From the NCBI RefSeq assembly GCF_009914755.1, contig NC_060934.1: DNA of 64,000 nucleotides. One strand, written 5' to 3'. The number at the start of each line of letters is the position of its first letter. The stretch's first letter is position 1. This document shows, in pieces, positions 60,933-64,000 of the stretch. The position numbers were made by a program, and so were the translations under genes. The DNA comes from the human T2T-CHM13v2.0 reference genome, Homo sapiens. Under the pieces are notes generated by a model. It was not told the origin of the DNA and made no database searches. It saw nothing but the letters and a program-made list of their open reading frames with translations.

Positions 60933-62796
60933 GATAAGGAAATAAACCTCCATTCCACATTTAGATGAGTATTTTTGTTAGTTATAGGGATAACATTTGA
61001 TGTTATGAAACAACAGCTAGTATAGTAGAATGATGTCTTATAGTACATCACCATTAGGTTGATCCATGATTCGTTTGCAAAATAATTTACCCATTTTTTT
61101 TTCTAACACATAAAATGACAGTGAATGCATTATTTGTCTCTTTTTTTACTAGAAGACAAGTTGTAAGATTTAAGAAATGATTCGCATTTTTTGATTAGCG
61201 TGATCGTATGCTCTTCTTTGATGGTATTTGTTGAAAATTCTTTGGGGATTTGCCATACCTAATGAGTGGCTTTATAAACTGCAGAGGCAGATAAATAGGA
61301 AAAGTTAGTAAAGTGAATTAAGTTTGTAAATCAAGACAGGCTTTTGTCAATATCCAGCCTGTAATATTGCTAGGAGTCAGATAGACCACCTTTCCTTTAA
61401 TTTTTAATTTAATTAACCATCCCTTTGATTTCAAATCACTAAGACATCACTGAGAGTCAAAGACTAACCTTGAGAAGGACTTATCTTCTTTAGTCATCAA
61501 AAAGATACGAAATTCCATTAATTAGGTGTGAATTCTCCACCCCTTTCAATACAGAAGTTACATGAATCTGTGGGTGTCAGATTTGTTGTTGTTTTGTCAA
61601 GGATGTTAATGATCTATCTATAAACTGTTAGTTGTTTTGCAAAGTTAATTTTAGATTAACTGATGCATAGTTGTGCTCTCGGTAACCATGGAGAGGAAGA
61701 ACCACTTGATCAAACATCTTCATCTACCTCAGCAGAACAAGACATCAGACATATTTATTAGCATTAGTTCCCTGAAAACACGAAGTTATGAATGTCCAGC
61801 TCCTTGGTAGCCCCTCTTCAGACATTCTTTTTTTTTCCTCTTTAGCTTTTATTCTTTAAATTATGTGTAAATTACACATTTCATACCTATATGCTATAAA
61901 TCTATTGGAACATTTTGCTTCCCTTCTGTATGTCATTTCCCTAAATCTTCTCTAGTCTACTTTTTTGATTACAAGCTTTAGAGACAAAGTTTTTCTTGTG
62001 AATCATCATGAAAATGCAATGACCCAGGACCAAGGAATATTAACTGGGAACTAACCATAAACATAATAGTGTGTATATATGTATATTTTTTTCTTTGCCA
62101 AATATCCATCATTATGATTTGTTAAATCATCTAGTTCCCAGAAAGGGCTAGACCTAGAATAACAAAGAATAGTGTATACAATCTCAGCCTTGTCCTGTGC
62201 TCAACTGGTTAATATGCTGTTTTAATGAAGTTGTCATTTTTATTCGGTCATTGGGATTATATGTCATTTTATGTCATGTTACCTTGTACTGGGACTGTTC
62301 ATGTATTAGAATATTGTATTACTAGTTAACCACCCTCAGCTATCCATGTTTACATAAGATTTTTAGAAAATTAATTTTATCTTTTCAATTAAAAAATTTT
62401 ATGTAAAAACAATCATAGTTGTTACTTATATAATAATTACATTATAACAGAATTTATGAAAATCAAAATAATATGATTATATAATAATATAATTTTTGGA
62501 ATCTGTTGTTAAAATTATCACTTTTCCTCCTAACTGAATTCACTTCATAAATCCTTTATTACATCCATCAGGGATAAGTGATTTCTCCAACATGTTTCTC
62601 CTTTTCTCTTTTCCTCTGTCAGTGATTTAAGCTTTTTGTAAGAAGCTACAACCTGAATAATTACACAATATGAGTAGAAGTTTGGATAGCTAATTACATC
62701 TGGAACTAGAAACCCAAGGCCTCAGTAAATTGTTCAGTTTTCATCAAATATAAATAATTTGTGTAAATGCAAGGAAAGGTAGATTTTACTGAGTAG

Positions 62797-63063
<267 letters not shown>

Positions 63064-63212
63064 GAGTAGAGCAATTTATAATAATGGTGTCTCTAAAAAT
63101 TCCAAAATACGTGTGTTGCGAATTCTGCTAGTTTTTATTTTGGGAAATATTTTAGTAGATTAATATGCCTCTGTTTTGGTGAGATAAACTATGTCATAGT
63201 TATCATCAGAGA

Positions 63213-63818
63213 TGTTGAAGTCAAATAAAATATAGATAAAAATCTCTAAAAATTTTTTTGAGGGAAGCAAGAATTGCAATTTGGGGCATATATACAGACC
63301 CGGTGGTCTTCAGTATATCTGAAGAACAAAGAGAAGATTGGAGGTTTTATAAAAGAGAAATGTAAAAATAACTATTTGGTACTATGCTTAGTACCTGGTT
63401 GACAAAATAATCTGTACATCAAACCTCCATGACAGGAGTTTGCCTGTATAGCAAACCTGCACACGTACCCCTGAACCTAAAATAAAAGTTTTTGAGGGGA
63501 GGGGGAAGAAAAAAGAAATGTTCCATATTATTGTGAAAGAAAATTCATTGGCACTAGTAAAGTTGTGCAGAGCTGGAAAGCTCTAACTGGTGCATGATGG
63601 GTAAAACTAGTTTTAGAGTCTCAGCAGATTGTTTCAGTATCTGTCAGATACAACTAATTTCAGGTTACAGCTGTCAGTTTCAGGAGCCAGGTTTGTAGAG
63701 AATTATATTTTTGGAGCAGTATTACGAGCCCTTAGTGCTTTCCCCGACCCCTGACCTCTTGAGTCTTTTTGAGTTGGGTTTGACAAGAATGACTCAATTT
63801 GTAAGATCACCTTTCACA
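63213..63818 (-). mobile_element. ERV1-class solo LTR interrupted by an L1 3' fragment
   Basis: TGTTG...TTTCACA ends. The reverse complement starts TGTGAAAGGTGATCTTACAAATTGAGTCATTCTTGTC. Confidence 0.7.
63364..63513 (+). mobile_element. Short L1P 3'-end insertion
   Basis: GTACTATGCTTAGTACCTGG...AAACCTGCACACGTACCCCTGAACCTAAAATAAAAG. TSD AGAAATGT at 63356-63363 and 63514-63521. Confidence 0.85.
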
Positions 63819-63952
63819 GATTCAGTGCTTCTTTGTTTTTTCAGTTTTTATTGGTCAAATGCTTCTGAGATAAATAACTGGGTTTTGCCCCACACTGCAT
63901 CATCTTCTTTTGTGTTTGATTATTTCCCTCATACAAACTTCTTTACTTTCAG

Positions 63953-64000
63953 ACAGAGAAAGGACTATCAAAAGTATGGCAAGAAAGTAAGCAGAACCCT
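63953..64000 (+). CDS. MALRD1: Next coding exon (5' part; continues beyond the window), MAM domain continuation TEKGLSKVWQESKQNP
   Basis: Acceptor CTTCTTTACTTTCAG|ACA (AG 63951-63952). Phase 0 matches the upstream donor, the frame is open, and it carries the MAM 'VW' motif. Too short to appear in the ORF track. Confidence 0.85.

Overview
Human/primate genomic DNA, AT-rich and dense in Alu, L1, L2, MIR and LTR elements. Almost the whole window is one ~60.7-kb phase-0 intron (3266-63952) of a + strand gene. It lies between a 158-nt exon (3108-3265, ...[53 protein letters not shown]) and an exon that starts at 63953 (TEKGLSKVWQESKQNP...) and runs off the window. Joined, these give a continuous MAM-domain sequence that I recognise from memory as MALRD1 (DIET1/C10orf112). 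The intron holds about 15 Alu-family elements, solo LTRs (MER4A, THE1, LTR10A/F, two other ERV1-class), older L1M/L2/MIR fragments, a Tigger4-type MITE and a near full-length, dead antisense L1PA. I found no convincing new biological system. The most interesting signals are: (i) candidate unannotated exons, namely an open in-frame 258-nt cassette, poison exons and a 9-nt microexon; (ii) an LTR10 solo LTR with an AP-1 tandem repeat; (iii) an L1 lacking its YY1 site whose antisense promoter points at the next exon; (iv) several templated-insertion or fold-back repair scars. Repeat subfamily names come from memory of consensus sequences, and boundaries of old repeats are approximate.
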